A stretch of DNA of 64,000 nucleotides, taken from Chrysomallon squamiferum (lineage: Eukaryota; Animalia; Mollusca). The first letter of the stretch is position 1; each line of letters begins with the position of its first letter. Both the position numbers and the translations under genes were made by a program. Below are positions 14,481 to 28,937 of the stretch, one piece after another. The stretch is taken from contig CM022670.1 of assembly GCA_012295275.1 (NCBI GenBank), forward strand, positions 41,354,001 through 41,418,000, in the 5' to 3' direction. The notes under the pieces were generated by a model, which saw only the letters and a list, made by a program, of their open reading frames with translations, was not told where the DNA came from and searched no databases.

Positions 14481-15169
14481 TAACACTGCACGTTTATACA
14501 ATATTATATAAACTACAGTATAAGGTAGAACACAGTGTACAATATATTTTACAATGTACATTATACAATATAGACAACAATTTTTACAATAGTCTATACA
14601 ATATGTGGGTCACGTACGTGTATTGTACCTTGTGTATGCAAACTGTGTATTGTACAATAATATAACAGTGTATAATAAGTGTACAGTATAGATATTGTAT
14701 GAAAGAGACTGTGCAAATCTGTATGTATTGTACAGTATGAACTATATAGGACTTATAGTGTGAACAGTACAGTGTATGTTATACGTTGCAGATCTGAACA
14801 ATAAAATATGCAGAATGTAGTAAATATTTGTTTTGCTCGTTTTTCTGTGAATTATTGCTTGGCTTATGTTATGTTAATGTAGAAAATGTTATTTCTCAGT
14901 TTGATTAGGTTTGTCATTTTATTACGACGGTTATGCTAATTTTGCAGATGAATTTCACATGAATATTCTACAAAAAGATTTAGAACTACTAGCAGTGGTG
15001 TGGCTCGTGGGTCAGAACATCGGAATTAACAACAAACGATTAAACTAGACTGTAGTTACCAGGGTTACTCGTACTTAGGATTTCAGTGGCAAAGGAAAAA
15101 GTTTAGCAGAAAGAAGAATTTAAAAAAAAAAAAGAAAGAAAGAATTAAAAGCTTTTTTCTTGGTAAATC

Positions 15170-15290
15170 ATTCGCGATGATCTTATTCGTATGTTCAATT
15201 TTGCTAAGTGCTTCAAGTAATCACGTGACGAGAAATGGGGATCTCGCGAGATTACGGCGCGCGTTGCCGACATGCTCGGTCGTAATTTGT
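15170..15290. promoter_or_regulatory. CpG-rich promoter-like element with E-box and TCTCGCGAGA palindrome
   Basis: ATCACGTGAC at 15220-15229 and TCTCGCGAGA at 15242-15251 (BANP/CGCG-type motif), followed by GGCGCGCG. Confidence 0.5.
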
Positions 15291-16049
15291 GAAAGCTTTT
15301 CTGAGTTTGTTTTTATGTCGTCGTCGTTTTGTTGTTAACACTTGTTTTGTTTGGCGTAGGAAAGCCATTTACACTAACACACAAGTGTTTGTAATTCAAT
15401 TTTAATCAATACTTTGAAAGTTAAGAGGTTTTGTTGTTTTTTCCTTTCTTTCTTTTTTTTTTTTTCTTCATTTGGTCATTTTTTATTTTTGCTTTTGAAA
15501 TCGTTGACAATTTTAATTGGAAGAATACTAAAAAATTGAGCTGCTTATTTTGTAATGAAAAGAAGAAGGCCACAAGGTAATACATAAAACATACTTTTAA
15601 ATGTCAGCGACTTCAGTTCCTTTCTAGACCCGATCTCAGAATGTATCTACTGTGTATACTTGATACTGCGTTTTGTGCGGTTCTGTCTGAATCGAAGAAG
15701 AAGAAGAAAAGAAGAAGAAGAACACAGAAAGAATGGAAGATGAACAAGAAAATAAAGAGAGAAAAAAGCTATCTTCAAAAGGCTGCCAGTAATGGCGGAG
15801 AGTGGAAAACTCGGCGAGGTGTGAATGTAATTACAGCGAGCTGTCAAAAGCGAGTGTGTAGATTTCACAAAGACGAGAAGTGTTAGTCAGAAGTAGACTG
15901 ACACTCGTTTCACTTCTACTCGTTTTAATTTTACACTTTTATTACTTCTTTTGTCTTTCGTCTTGTTTGCTTTTTGTTTCGAATTTTAATATTTGTGTTT
16001 TAAATCTATTTATTTTTATTTCTTCACAACGAGTATAAACATACGATCA

Positions 16050-16440
16050 CACATTCACAAGTACATACGCACAGTCACAAACTCATACACGTACACAGTC
16101 ACAAACTCACACACATACACAGTCACAAACACACACATACACAGTCACAAACTCACACACATACACACTCACAAACTCACACACATACAAACTCACACAC
16201 TCACAAACTCACACACATACAGTCATAAACTCACACACTCGCAAAATCACACACATACAGTCACAAACTCACACACATCCATAGTCATACACTCGCACTC
16301 ACAAACTCACACACATCCATAGTCATACACTCGCTCTCACAAAATCACACACATACAGTCATACACTCGCTCTCACAAAATCACACACATACAGTCACAA
16401 ACTCACACACATCCATAGTCATACACTCGCTCTCACAAAC
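16050..16440. repeat. CA-rich minisatellite, ~20-22 bp unit
   Basis: Repeated acagtcacaaactcacacacat, with atagtcatacactcgc variants on the right. Confidence 0.9.
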
Positions 16441-18030
16441 TGAAGGATGAAAAGAAACATATTGACCCCTGCATATAATTTTCTATCTCTGTCAGTCCGC
16501 GTGTCCGTCCATCTGTGTGACAGAAAACATTGAGATCGAGTGGGCAGATATTTACATAATTATCAGATGAAGAAACAGTGTACAAACAAACCAGCTGTAA
16601 TTACACGTTTGAACTTTTACACTTAACATTACTTCTGGCCGGACAAGAAGCGGTGTTTTTGACACGTAATTACAGATAACGCGAAGATGCCAAAAATCAT
16701 TTCAGCAAAATATGAATAATGAAAATCTTCAAAACAGACGTCAGATATTGTGCGACAGTTGATAACACACATCCAGACAGCTCGACCGCTCGCTTGACGT
16801 TCACGTGAACGCATACATGAATACTCATTGCAGTAGCGGGCGACGTTGTTCCGTCTTAGCCGTTTGACATCGGGGAATACTAAACTGCAGACTGCGCGTT
16901 CTTTTTGACGTCGTGTCGTTACAATGGGAAGAGGACGCCACCAATTATCTTCAACACGATCCCACTAATCTCAAACATTTTGTAACAGTCCACCGAGATT
17001 TCCTCTAATTAACCAGCGCTCATCAAAATTCGTCTATCTCTCAAATTTCCATATTTATTGCGTCCCATCAGATTTGATTGCATGTAAATTGTATCAAACT
17101 ACAGGCTTCCCCCCCAAAACGCGTGCTGTTGCTTTTGAATCACATTCTCATAATCTCGTCCATTACCGGGCTTGGCGGGGAGTGGGTGCGTGAGGAGGGG
17201 GTGCTTATTAATGCGTGATCACGGGAGTGGGAAAGCGCGTGCGGGATGATGATTGTTCTGTAATTTCACGATTTCATGTCCGCGTCACGTGCAGTTGACC
17301 CAGCGAGAGCGATAAACTCGACTCACACGAAACATTCAGCATACCAATCTAGCGATCAGAAACTGCTAGCATTCTTCAGACGATAACTTTCTTTTTTATC
17401 TTCGTCTATTTTGTTTTTATTTCATGATGACTGATAATGAAGTAATTCAAATGTAAGCAGTGTAAAACATAGTTTAGCATAAAAAGCAAACCTTTATTTT
17501 TCTAACGTAGATAATTTAATAATCAATGATGATGTTTAAGAAGTGTTTACAAAATACGAGTTATACACATTTTCATTCATGTGTCCACATACCTATGTAT
17601 ACACACATACATACATGCATACATACATACATACATACATACATACATAAAACTGTATATTATGTTGTCATTTCTAAACATGAAAGAGGTCAGGATGATG
17701 TGTGCACGCCCTTTCACAAATTTGTCATTTCAAAATCGGAAATCTTCGGAATTCCGAAGTACAAGAACGCCAGACTTAATTTCGTTAGTACTCGAGTGTT
17801 TCTAACGTAACGTTTGTGACGTCATTCATTTATTGATCGCCTTCGAAAACTAATAGCGTGCGACACTAGCTGCCTACGAAGTATTATATATTTAATACTT
17901 TTCTAAAAAAATATTCCAGAACTAAAATGGATAGTTGTTATAGAAACTTCAATAACTTGAAGCTTTACTGGGAGAATCGGACCAAGCATTACAATGGTAC
18001 ATATAAATATATTGTTTTACTGTTGAAATT

Positions 18031-18240
<210 letters not shown>

Positions 18241-18278
18241 TGATGAACACAACTATTTTGTTCTATTCTCACTTTCAG

Positions 18279-18536
18279 TAGACTTTCAGAGTATTTCTGA
18301 GGACGGACAGTCTTCTACAGATTGTCCGCGGACGCAGACTCTAGCTTGTTCTCCTGGTGCTGCTAAAACGAGTCACTCCTTCGCTTCGAGTGAAACGGAC
18401 GACTTTGCGTTTCAAGATCCTCTACCAGAGAGTGAATACGAAAACAAGAACGTTTTCTTTACCCTCATTGCACTGATATTTGTGGTAATAATAATCTCAG
18501 AAGCAGTAGGATCATATTATAAATATGAAATGACCT
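18279..18536 (+). CDS. Candidate orphan exon (258 nt) encoding a Ser/Thr/acidic stretch and a putative transmembrane helix
   Basis: Polypyrimidine acceptor ttttgttctattctcactttcag, stop-free frame (part of ORF 17927-18667), GTAAGT donor at 18537. Peptide DFQSISEDGQSSTDCPRT...ENKNVFFTLIALIFVVIIISEAVGSYYKYEMT. No homolog recognised. Confidence 0.3.
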
Positions 18537-18814
18537 GTAAGTTTGGTAATGATGATAAACACGTGACAGCACACAGAAAATCAGTCCTGATCCTGTGTGT
18601 GTTTTTATTTGTCTCTCTGTGCTCCGCTCCTTATGTCTTTTATGAGTTCTATCTTTTGTTTTATTAAATTAATTTTGTTTTCTTTTCATTTGTTTCGTTG
18701 TTTTATTGTGTTTTTAATTCTGTTAATTTTTTCTGTTTGTTTTTTTGTTCCAACTTTTGCAAACGAACCTAAAATAATAAATACAAATATAAAACATACA
18801 CGAATAACAGGGTT

Positions 18815-18890
18815 GATTTAATGGCCGTCGTTGGCCTTTGGATTGCGGGCGAATGGGTGTCATACGTTCGAATCTCGTCAGCGGCATCTG
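18815..18890 (+). mobile_element. tRNA-like head of a possible SINE or tRNA pseudogene
   Basis: A-box-like TGGCCGTCGTTGG and B-box-like GTTCGAATC at tRNA-type spacing; no convincing cloverleaf. Confidence 0.35.
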
Positions 18891-19702
18891 ACGGGGTTTT
18901 GTGAGGTCGTGATTGGGTTTTGCCTGCCAGTGAAAACTTCTATGTGCAGTCTAATTAGACGTAGATAAGACAAAGAATATTCAGTCTTAATAAAATACAT
19001 ACGCACATAGACATCCATACAGGCAAGCATGCATGCAAAAACACACACAGACATATATATATATATATACACACACACACATACACATACATATCATGCT
19101 TTTCTTTTTTCATATTCTATTTTTACATTCATGAAGATATTTCCAGCTGTTTCTAATTCAAAAAGCAGATTTTTATTTTATTAGCAAAAACAAAAACATT
19201 AACGTTATTATTTCAACTGATAGCAAATATACTACTGCGGTTAATACTACAAACACTGTTTGTTATGAAGTCGCCGAGGCGTGAGATCCAACTGGACAGT
19301 GACAGAATTGCCTACTGCAGCGGAACATCGTCGCGTTTTCGGTGTGTGTGATAACAGCAGGTGGGTAGCGGTGGAATCAAAGGAACGTAACTCTTTCTCT
19401 TCCTCTCTAATTTGATGACGTAATTTGATTTATGCCGCTGTTTGTGTTTGGCATCACGTGAACACTTCGCTGATCCGGGTTAATGGGTTGTTAATTATTA
19501 ATAATTTGACAGATGCCGAACAAACCAAGTGAAAGACAAACAAAAACACCAAGCAATCAACTTTCTAAATAAGCAAAAGGAACAGAGGCGTGAAAAACAG
19601 GCAGAGTGTACTGCACGTTTGACTTCGCTAATTCAATCGTATTTATAGGTAGATGTGACAAAAGGTTGACTCTTATAAAACAACAACAACAACAACAACA
19701 AC

Positions 19703-19746
<44 letters not shown>

Positions 19747-19983
19747 CTAATACCATGACGAGGTGGAGGGAGGTTTAACATTTGTTTGTTTGTTTGTTTT
19801 ATTTGTTATCGCCAAACGAAATAATTATTTTAATATATACATATAATTATAGATATAGCGCAGTTGTTTGCTTTTATTTATTTTTTAATTAATGAATTAT
19901 TTATTTATTTTAATTAGGAGTCAGTCGGGTTGTAACGAATGAATGATTCGCACCAGTTCATCTACAAATGGCGAGGGTAGTGA

Positions 19984-20182
19984 CAGAGGGGGGGGGTCTA
20001 CTGTGAAACTAATGAAGCTGAAGCTTCAGGACGACTATTTCTTTCAAATCATGATGATCTGTCTTGGAAGAATCCCACTGAAAACGAAAACAGCGGTTGA
20101 GCAATTTCTGTTGTTGCTTGCGAAGGGCCCTAGTGACTAACATGTCAAGATTCACGGCCCCTAAAATATAAATCCGCAACTG
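19984..20182 (+). mobile_element. ~200 bp hAT/Tip100-like non-autonomous element (MITE)
   Basis: Left end CAGAGGGG..GTCTACTGTGAAACTAATGAAGCTGAAGCTTCAGG and right end GGCCCC..AAATCCGCAACTG form imperfect TIRs and resemble MER69-type hAT-Tip100 ends (from memory). Flanks ggtagtga and agtagttg match at 5 of 8 positions, consistent with a decayed 8 bp TSD. Confidence 0.55.
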
Positions 20183-21648
20183 AGTAGTTGTAGTAGTACC
20201 AAACATGTTTTTAAAAATTAAAGAAGGATGCAAGAAACTGTTCTTGCCCAGAGCGCGAAATGGTCTTACGCCTGTGTTTTAACTGGGGAGGTTTAAAACC
20301 GCTGTTCTCAATGTTTGATGTAATATAACAGTGATATTAAAACAGTCACGTGACTCAGATTCCTGGACTTGTGTCCAAGAAGACGTTCCCGAACCTCGCT
20401 GGTTGTAAGCAGGCTTCAGCTATCGAATTTTCTCTTTGTTATCTTTATTTTTAACGTTTGTTTATTATGAAAACCGACCTGTTGGAAGTTATAACTGCAT
20501 GAATTATTAACTAATTTTCTGTCGGTTCAATACTAATATTTTTTTTTCGCCATCACTTTTTAAAGTACGCGAGATACCGCGTGCAAAATGTCGATTAAAC
20601 AAACAAAGTTTTAATCAATTTCTTCAAACCAACTGCGTCATTTATACCCTTCAACATTCATGTGGTCTTTTTTTTTAATTTAAAAAAAAAAAAAATTAAA
20701 AATTATTGATAAGGTGGTGTATAACTATCTTCAAGTTAATTGCTTATACACTTTTTATTTATTTTAATTTTTTATTTAATTTTTTTTTTTTACTATTATT
20801 ATTATTATTATTGATTATTATTATTCTGACAACAACAGAATGGCGTTCCATCAAAACAAAACTGTTGGTTTTAGACTTTCAGAGTCTCAGTGTCTAGAGC
20901 GAGGGTTTATACTAACATGCGTAATAACATCCGCTGTTGGCAGAATGACGAGCGCGGAGGAATATTACTATTATTAGTGACAACAAAATGGACGCCATTT
21001 CTGCCTGATCGATAGCTATGCTATTACTGCCAGGAAATGTTGGAGGATTTTATAAACGATCCTTCATTCCATTTTTTTCCTTCTTTTTTTTTTTATTGCA
21101 AAATTTAAACTGTGTGACTAAAATAAACTTCTTAATTTAAAATAATAATGAAAACATTTATAATCAGCACATTGATCTAATAACCCACGCGATAAGTGAC
21201 GACATTCTGACGTTCTGAATGAGAACTTGACAAATTTGGTCCCGTGTAATGTAATGCTATATTTAGATTCTGACACATTATTATAAAATGCACATATGTT
21301 TCACTTTTAAAATAAATCTTTGCTTTCACACCCCCATCATCACCTTCATTGAAATTTATTTATTATTTTTAAAATATATTTTAGTTTAAGTTTCTGTTAG
21401 AAAAATTCGAAACGGTTAGAAACTTCAGATTTTCTTATTATTATGGTACACGTTTATAATTATCACTGCTGCCACTAATGCTATTGATGCTATAAGTAGC
21501 ATCAATACTGATTAATAATCCGTTCTTTTCGGGAAACGACCTAAAATGAAAAATTTGTTTTCAACAAATGTGTAATGTAAGGGGTATAACTCTTACTGAA
21601 ACAAACAACACTTTATCCATGCATTTCTTTTGAATTATTTCCCCTTCG

Positions 21649-21705
<57 letters not shown>

Positions 21706-21849
21706 TAATGGCGATAATTAAAAAAAAAAAAAGATAATGTAACAGAAGATGTCTCACTTTTTATTTATTTATTTATTTATTATTATGTTTAAGGTTAAAA
21801 CTATTTAATCAATTTCAAAACAATTTCTGTTGTCATTCAAAAATTTAAA

Positions 21850-21904
<55 letters not shown>

Positions 21905-21929
21905 TTTAAATTTCTTGATGATGACAAGC

Positions 21930-22150
21930 AGGAAAAGTGAAGAAATATTTTACTTAATGACAAACTCTCAGCATATTTCTATTTTTAGTTTTATAACTAA
22001 AAAACAGACCACGAGTTACTCTTTCCACTTAGCAGAAAGAGATTTTTTGTACATACCATCCCAGAGACAGGATAATACATACCACAGACATTGTTACATC
22101 AGTTGTGGAGTGCTGTTGTACCAAGAAGCAGTGAAGCAAGTCTACTAGCA
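21930..22150 (-). mobile_element. Decayed SINE-like interspersed repeat
   Basis: Core tactctttccacttagcagaaagagattttttgtacataccatcccagagacagg is similar to 54045-54095 (same orientation) and to the reverse complement of about 1005-1050. It resembles an abundant gastropod tRNA-derived SINE as I recall it. Confidence 0.6.
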
Positions 22151-23146
22151 GGACTGGTCACATGACACAGCTCAAACAAATAATATTAAATAAAGGGAAG
22201 TAATAAAAATATGATTTAATACAATTGTTAATGACACAGAGGACTGGAAAATGTTTCACAAGACATTCACAAACACATGCATGCACACACACACACACAA
22301 ATGACAAATGGAAAAATAAAGTTAATTATTTTAAAAATGAGATTATGTTGCTAAGATAATTCTTAATCTTGAAAATAAATCATATCCACAGATAAAAACA
22401 CACACTGACAAACAGTAATATAAAAAAACAGAGGAAATTTGATTATTATAAAGATGAGATTATGTTGCTAAAGGTGATAAATCATGGCTGAAGTTATTTC
22501 CATCAAGCTGAGACTTTTAACACAGCCTCGGTCTCAGTCAGCATCTGACTGGACCCAAGTGACCACTGCTGGACAAAACAAAGTGAGAAGACAAAATTCT
22601 TAATTTTCTCTACTTGCAGTCTGAATACTGTGTGAAAGGCCTTTCATTATTCTGCAGTGTTGACAAAATGTCACTGCTTGTTAGAAATATCTAGACTGTA
22701 ATTTACATACTTACATACTGAATGTTTAATAAAATGATGAAACAAATCTAAAACAAGACATTTAAGAAAATAAAATGTATAATAAAAAACCTCAAACAGC
22801 CAAATTGCCACAAAAGGATTAAGTTATAATAAAGATACATAAAAAAAAATGGTTATAAATAAATAAATAATAACAACAACAACAACAACAACACTAACAA
22901 TTAGTTGATAATGGTCATAAATTTAAAACAAAAACTTTTTTTCACTGCAGTTCAAATAACTTACAAAACTTTTAAGATAAGAAATATCAAACATGAAAAA
23001 GAGACACATATCTAGTAAACCTGGATTTTATTTTAACTAAAATCTTACATATGCCAGAACTGAAGTGCTTATATCTCTCTCTGTGTCTGACTGTCTGTCT
23101 ACCTGTCTACATGTTCTGTCTCTCTCTGTATGTAACACTAAATCCA

Positions 23147-23505
<359 letters not shown>

Positions 23506-25112
23506 CACACACATATATATAATATTGTTTTTATCCTGTGTAATTTTTTAACATACAGGATTGTTTCACTGTTTGGTCAGACTCAGAAAGGAGACAGACA
23601 CTGAAAACACTTTCCTGTTTTTTAATTATTAGATTTATGCTGACTGCAAGCGCTATTTAAGACAAGCAGTGAAAGAAAGACCAATATTTTTTCTTTTACT
23701 TGATTATTTCGATGGGGAATCAATAGAAAACTGACGTCACTGAGAATTACATGCAACACTTCCTGGCATGAAATGCAATTTGCGAAGTGTATCATTTTTC
23801 ACTTCAAAAAGAAATTCTTTAAATTAAGAGATGTTGATGAAGAACAATTTTCTTGACAAAGTTTATGTTTGTAGCAAGCATTTCAGTTATAGATTCTTTT
23901 CTTCTTTTTTCTTTTTTTTATATTCTGCCAGCAAATGAAAAGAATGATTTGATAATGTCAGAATCGAGTGCTGTTTGATCAGATTACAAACACACTGAAA
24001 TTATTACACTGTCGATAATAAAATTAGTCTGTGATTGCGACTTCAAAGAAAAGAGTTCAGCACAAATAGAAATTATAAAAACAAACGTGATTATCAGTGG
24101 GCTTTTATTTGTAATAATATTAAAAATAATAATAATATTGAAGCAATGGCAATATTTATAACTAAAACATTTGCATAAAGTCAATTTAACTTTTAATGAA
24201 TGTAATGAACTACACTGGAACCATTTGAAATGAACAGTATATATGTACACATAGACAAACATGTACACACACATTCACAAACACACACACACAAATGTAT
24301 GTAAGTATGTATATATGTATGTATATATACCTATGTATGTATATCTGTAAGTATATATATATATATATCTGTATGTCTGTTGGTATAATGATTTCTTGTA
24401 TTAATTTTCAGTGGTTCAAGCACACATCTCATGGACAAACATCTTTTATAAACAGGTTTGTGAGAAACTCATATTGTTGAAACACTGAAATACAGAGAGA
24501 TAGTGAGAGAAAAACAAACTACAAAGGCATCAACAAAAATAATTATTAAAAAAAGGAGATGATGTACAGATTAGACAAGCTGGTCATTAGTTTTCATTGA
24601 TTTTGTCTTAGTACTCCCTGCTCGATCCATCCTCAGTCTCCTTCCACAAACTGACGTCCATCCACAAGTCAGAGCTCAGCACACAGGCCATCAATAACGT
24701 CCCAAACAGTGTCCGAGATACAATCACACAGCGACTGTAAAAACAAACATATTCATGGGAAACTGCGGAGGTTCATAAATAGCAGAGCCAGGCAAATAGG
24801 ACAGATTTGTTAACAATGACAGGATGACTCGTTATTTCATTTAAACGACAAATTGTGACGTTAATGTACGTCTATTCCCGGCACATCCATTATCTTCCAT
24901 TAGTTTGCTGTACACTTGAAATGTTAGCTATAAATATTTATTTTAAATTTCCATAACAAGCGGAAGAACATTATTCATTTCCCAGCAGAAAATCCCAGTG
25001 TTGTCCAACAGTGCTGAGACAATTGGAAGGCAATTTAATGATTCAGTCATCAGCATTCTGACACTGTGACCTTCACTTCAGTGTCAGACAGATACACAGT
25101 CTAAACTCCGTC

Positions 25113-25680
25113 ATTACTATTATTACTATTATTATTATTATTATTATTGTCATTAGTATTATTATTGTCATTAGTATTATTATTATGATTATTATTGTTA
25201 TTATTATTATAGTATTATTGTTATTGTTATTATTATTATTGTTGTTGTTTTGTTATTGTTATTATTATTATTATTGTCAGTATTATTATTATTAGTAGTA
25301 GTAGTAGTAATAGTAGTAGTATTGTCATTATTATTATTATTATTATTATATTATTATTGTTATTGTTATTATTATTGTTGTTATTGTTATTATTATTATT
25401 ATTATTGTCATTATTATTATTGTCAGTATTATTATTATTATTATTAGTAGTATTATTGTCATTATTATTATATTATTTATTATTAGTATTATTACTGTCA
25501 TTATTATTAGTCATTATTATTAGTTATTATTATTGTTATTATTGTCATTATTATTATTATTATTATTGTCATTATTATTTATATTATTATCATTATCATT
25601 ATCATCATCATCATTATCTTTATCATCATCATCAATATTGTTATTGTTATTGTTATTGTTATTGTTATTATTATTATTAA
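25113..25680. repeat. Long compound trinucleotide microsatellite (TAT/TGT/TAG/CAT)
   Basis: Visible directly; produces poly-L, poly-Y and poly-N ORFs. Confidence 0.95.
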
Positions 25681-26379
25681 ATTTGGCTTGAAGAGATTGC
25701 TTAAAAGATCTAAAGTGAAAGAAATTGTGTTTATAAAAAAAAATAAAAAAATAAATAAATAAAATAAAATTAAAATAAAATAAAAATAAAATGCCATACA
25801 ATAAAATGAGATAAAATAAAAATGAAATAAAATGCATTACAATAAAATGAAATAAAAAAAGATCAAAAGAAAAAACAAATAAATAAAGAGTGATGAAATT
25901 AATTAAAGTTTTTTTTTGTTTGTAGCTTTAAGTTAAAATTCACTGTGGGACTTTTTGAAGTGTATTTTATCTTAATATTGTTACACATATCAAATATATA
26001 TCTAGCAGCACCACAAATCATATTCCAACTCTGAAGGCTTTTATACTGGTGAAGAAAATAAAAATTAAAAAAATAAATAAATTTTAAAATCTATATCTTT
26101 TATTGTCATCATAGTGTAGCTTTGGTGATAAACAGCCAAAATACATTTTGTTTACTTTCAAGTAATAATATTTAGTAATCCAACATTTATTAACAAAAAA
26201 GCAAAAAAACTTAACAGTAGTATATCAAGAGATACACAGAATGGAGTTTGTTGTAAACTGGAATGTAAAACAATCCCTGACAGACTGAGTCTATGTTGGC
26301 GATAATTGACTTTATTACTTTTTTTTGTCTTTACCGTTTTCTACATGAAATGATTATCTCTATCTATATAATAATAATA

Positions 26380-26425
<46 letters not shown>

Positions 26426-26824
26426 CTCATTAAGAGGGTGTTCTAACCACTGGGCTGTGTACTGCAGGAAAAACATTGATAATTTAGTGTGTAATGATTT
26501 GTGTAAAATAAACAATTTCTTCTGTTAGACAAATATCAGACGACACTGATAAGTTTTAGAAATATTGATTCCAGCCGTTATTAAAATTTCTCTAATTACA
26601 GAGTCCATAACATTCATCTTACAACACTGTAACCATAGAAACAGTTTCTGTGAGTGTTTGGTCAGCATTTTGGAACAGCTCAAAGTGTGGGGTTTCACAA
26701 AATGCATGATCAAATCTCTGCACAACCCTGTATTTCCCAATCCAGCCACAGTCTCTTACATGTGAATCAATAACCATTTAAAGAGAAAATTCCTCTGATC
26801 TTCATTATATATATATATCTATAC

Positions 26825-26867
<43 letters not shown>

Positions 26868-27950
26868 TAAACATGTAGCCCATAACTATTTGTATTTAAA
26901 ATTAAGTCATTATTTTTAACACTATTAAAATAATTCTTTTTAAAAAAGGAAAATATTAACAACTGCTGCAAATAAAGAAATTTCCATTTCTTTTTTCCCA
27001 AATATCATAATTTAATATTAAATAAAATAAATTTTAATATTTTTGTTCATCTATAATATTTTGCATTAATTTTTTTATTAACTGTTTTTTTTAAAAAAAA
27101 TATTGTTATTTTAAAAAGGCTTTCTCTAAATGAATAGGTATCCAAGAATGAATGTTGACAAAATGAGAGCACAGAAACATGATAGCCCCTATTTCATTTA
27201 CTTATTATGTTTATGTGAGGTAAAAACCTCATCAGTCTGATTCAGGTGAGAGATAAAGTTGATTACAGGTGGGTATCCAGTGATGCTTTTAATTAACCTG
27301 TCTATACAGAGATGTTAAATTATTGATTAGTACAAATGAAAAAACAAATTAATGTAATGTGATTCTGTTTCCAGTTGTTCTAATACTGTCAAGTTTTATT
27401 ACAAAGCTGTGTTCAGCCTGGTTAGCAAGTATTATTGTCAGGTGAAATATGCCCGTTCATAATAATAATAATAATGTTATAAATGAAAAAAAAAAATACC
27501 ACAATCTGCTCATTTCTGGTCTATAATCAAATATTTGTTTCAATACATTTAAAGTTTTCTCTGTTGAATGTAAAAAGTCAATAAAGGCTGAGTCAACAAT
27601 GTTTGTTTGCCTTTCCTGGTTTTAAAATGTCAGAAAGTAACAGATGTTCATTAACGAGATTGTGGATATCAATAAAGATAACATTTCATTGTTGTTTTTC
27701 TGACAATTCTACCTGCATTCTTCATTAGGTCAAACAGTTATTCTCACTCATATTGAAAATAAAATTTGAAATAAGCAAAATAATAACAACAACTACTACA
27801 ACAATAAATGATAAATTAAAAACAAAGATTTGACATATTTTTGTATACCTTTAATTCATGAATGAAAATCTGCTCAAAGAATGAAAATGGATGACAAATT
27901 AAAAAAATATTTTATCATATTCTGCCATGAAATGTACAAGCTCCCTTGTT

Positions 27951-28031
<81 letters not shown>

Positions 28032-28143
28032 CCCCCCCATTCTCTCTGCACAGAGCACACACAACACATGCAGACAGGAAAATTTATGTATTAAATTCTG
28101 AAAATTTCCAATTTCCACTGTAAAACAATATAATAAATAAAGT

Positions 28144-28149
28144 TTTATT
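28144..28149 (-). terminator. Candidate polyadenylation signal (AATAAA) for CAAP1
   Basis: TTTATT on the + strand about 790 nt past the stop. Another copy lies at 28825-28830. The hexamer is common in AT-rich DNA, so which site is used cannot be determined. Confidence 0.3.
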
Positions 28150-28937
28150 TTTTGAAAAATCTTTTAGACTTAAACTGTGAATCACTTAACATTCACTGTA
28201 AAGAAAGAACTGAACAAAGCAAGCTGACATTCAATTAAAAAAATAACCGTTTCCATGGCGACACTTTAATTACTTTGACACTCTCAGATAACAAACTGTG
28301 ATTAAAAAAACAACCTATCCACTTCATTTTAATCTATAAAGTTTCCTTTCCACATCAAGTTAATACTTTTTCTTCTCTTGTTTTACGACACAGTAGGTTA
28401 TCAAGTTCATATTAAAACAGTCCAGTGTGGTAAAGGTTCCCTTAAACAATCTAGATTTGGAGATGTTTCAAACAGATAACACAGAACTCAGTGCTGTTCA
28501 GTGTATGAGATAATCTATGTCCAGTTAAAAACGTGTACAAAACAGTTGGTGGTCAAGTTAGTTTTTTAAGAGAACTTTCCATGTTTCTGAAGTTTTGAAC
28601 ACCTGAATGTCATACTTGTCTGTTCTCACAAGAAATGACTGTGATCATGTTTTGTGTTACTCATCAAACACTTGTTAAATAACACAAAAAAACACCGCTT
28701 TGTGTATGAATTACTGAAAAGAAATTGTTAATCCTACATATTTAACTTCAGTGTTTAAAAGATTTGACCCAAGATCTTCTGTTTTAGCTAGGAAACTGTT
28801 TTTGTTTAATTTAATGTGTTTTAATTTATTGTTAGGTAATGTTATGACAAATCCATATTCACAAAAGTTGAAATGTTAACTATTTAGATAAACCAGTTTT
28901 AAAACATAACTGTTTACTGTGGTCTTGGGAACCAGTT

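Noticed and set aside
18815-18890. Functional tRNA gene
   Set aside because: Only A-box- and B-box-like motifs; no acceptor stem or cloverleaf.
25250-25837. Poly-L, poly-Y and poly-N ORFs
   Set aside because: Trinucleotide microsatellite artefacts; the same applies to 2853-3374, 9770-10024 and 59468-59897.
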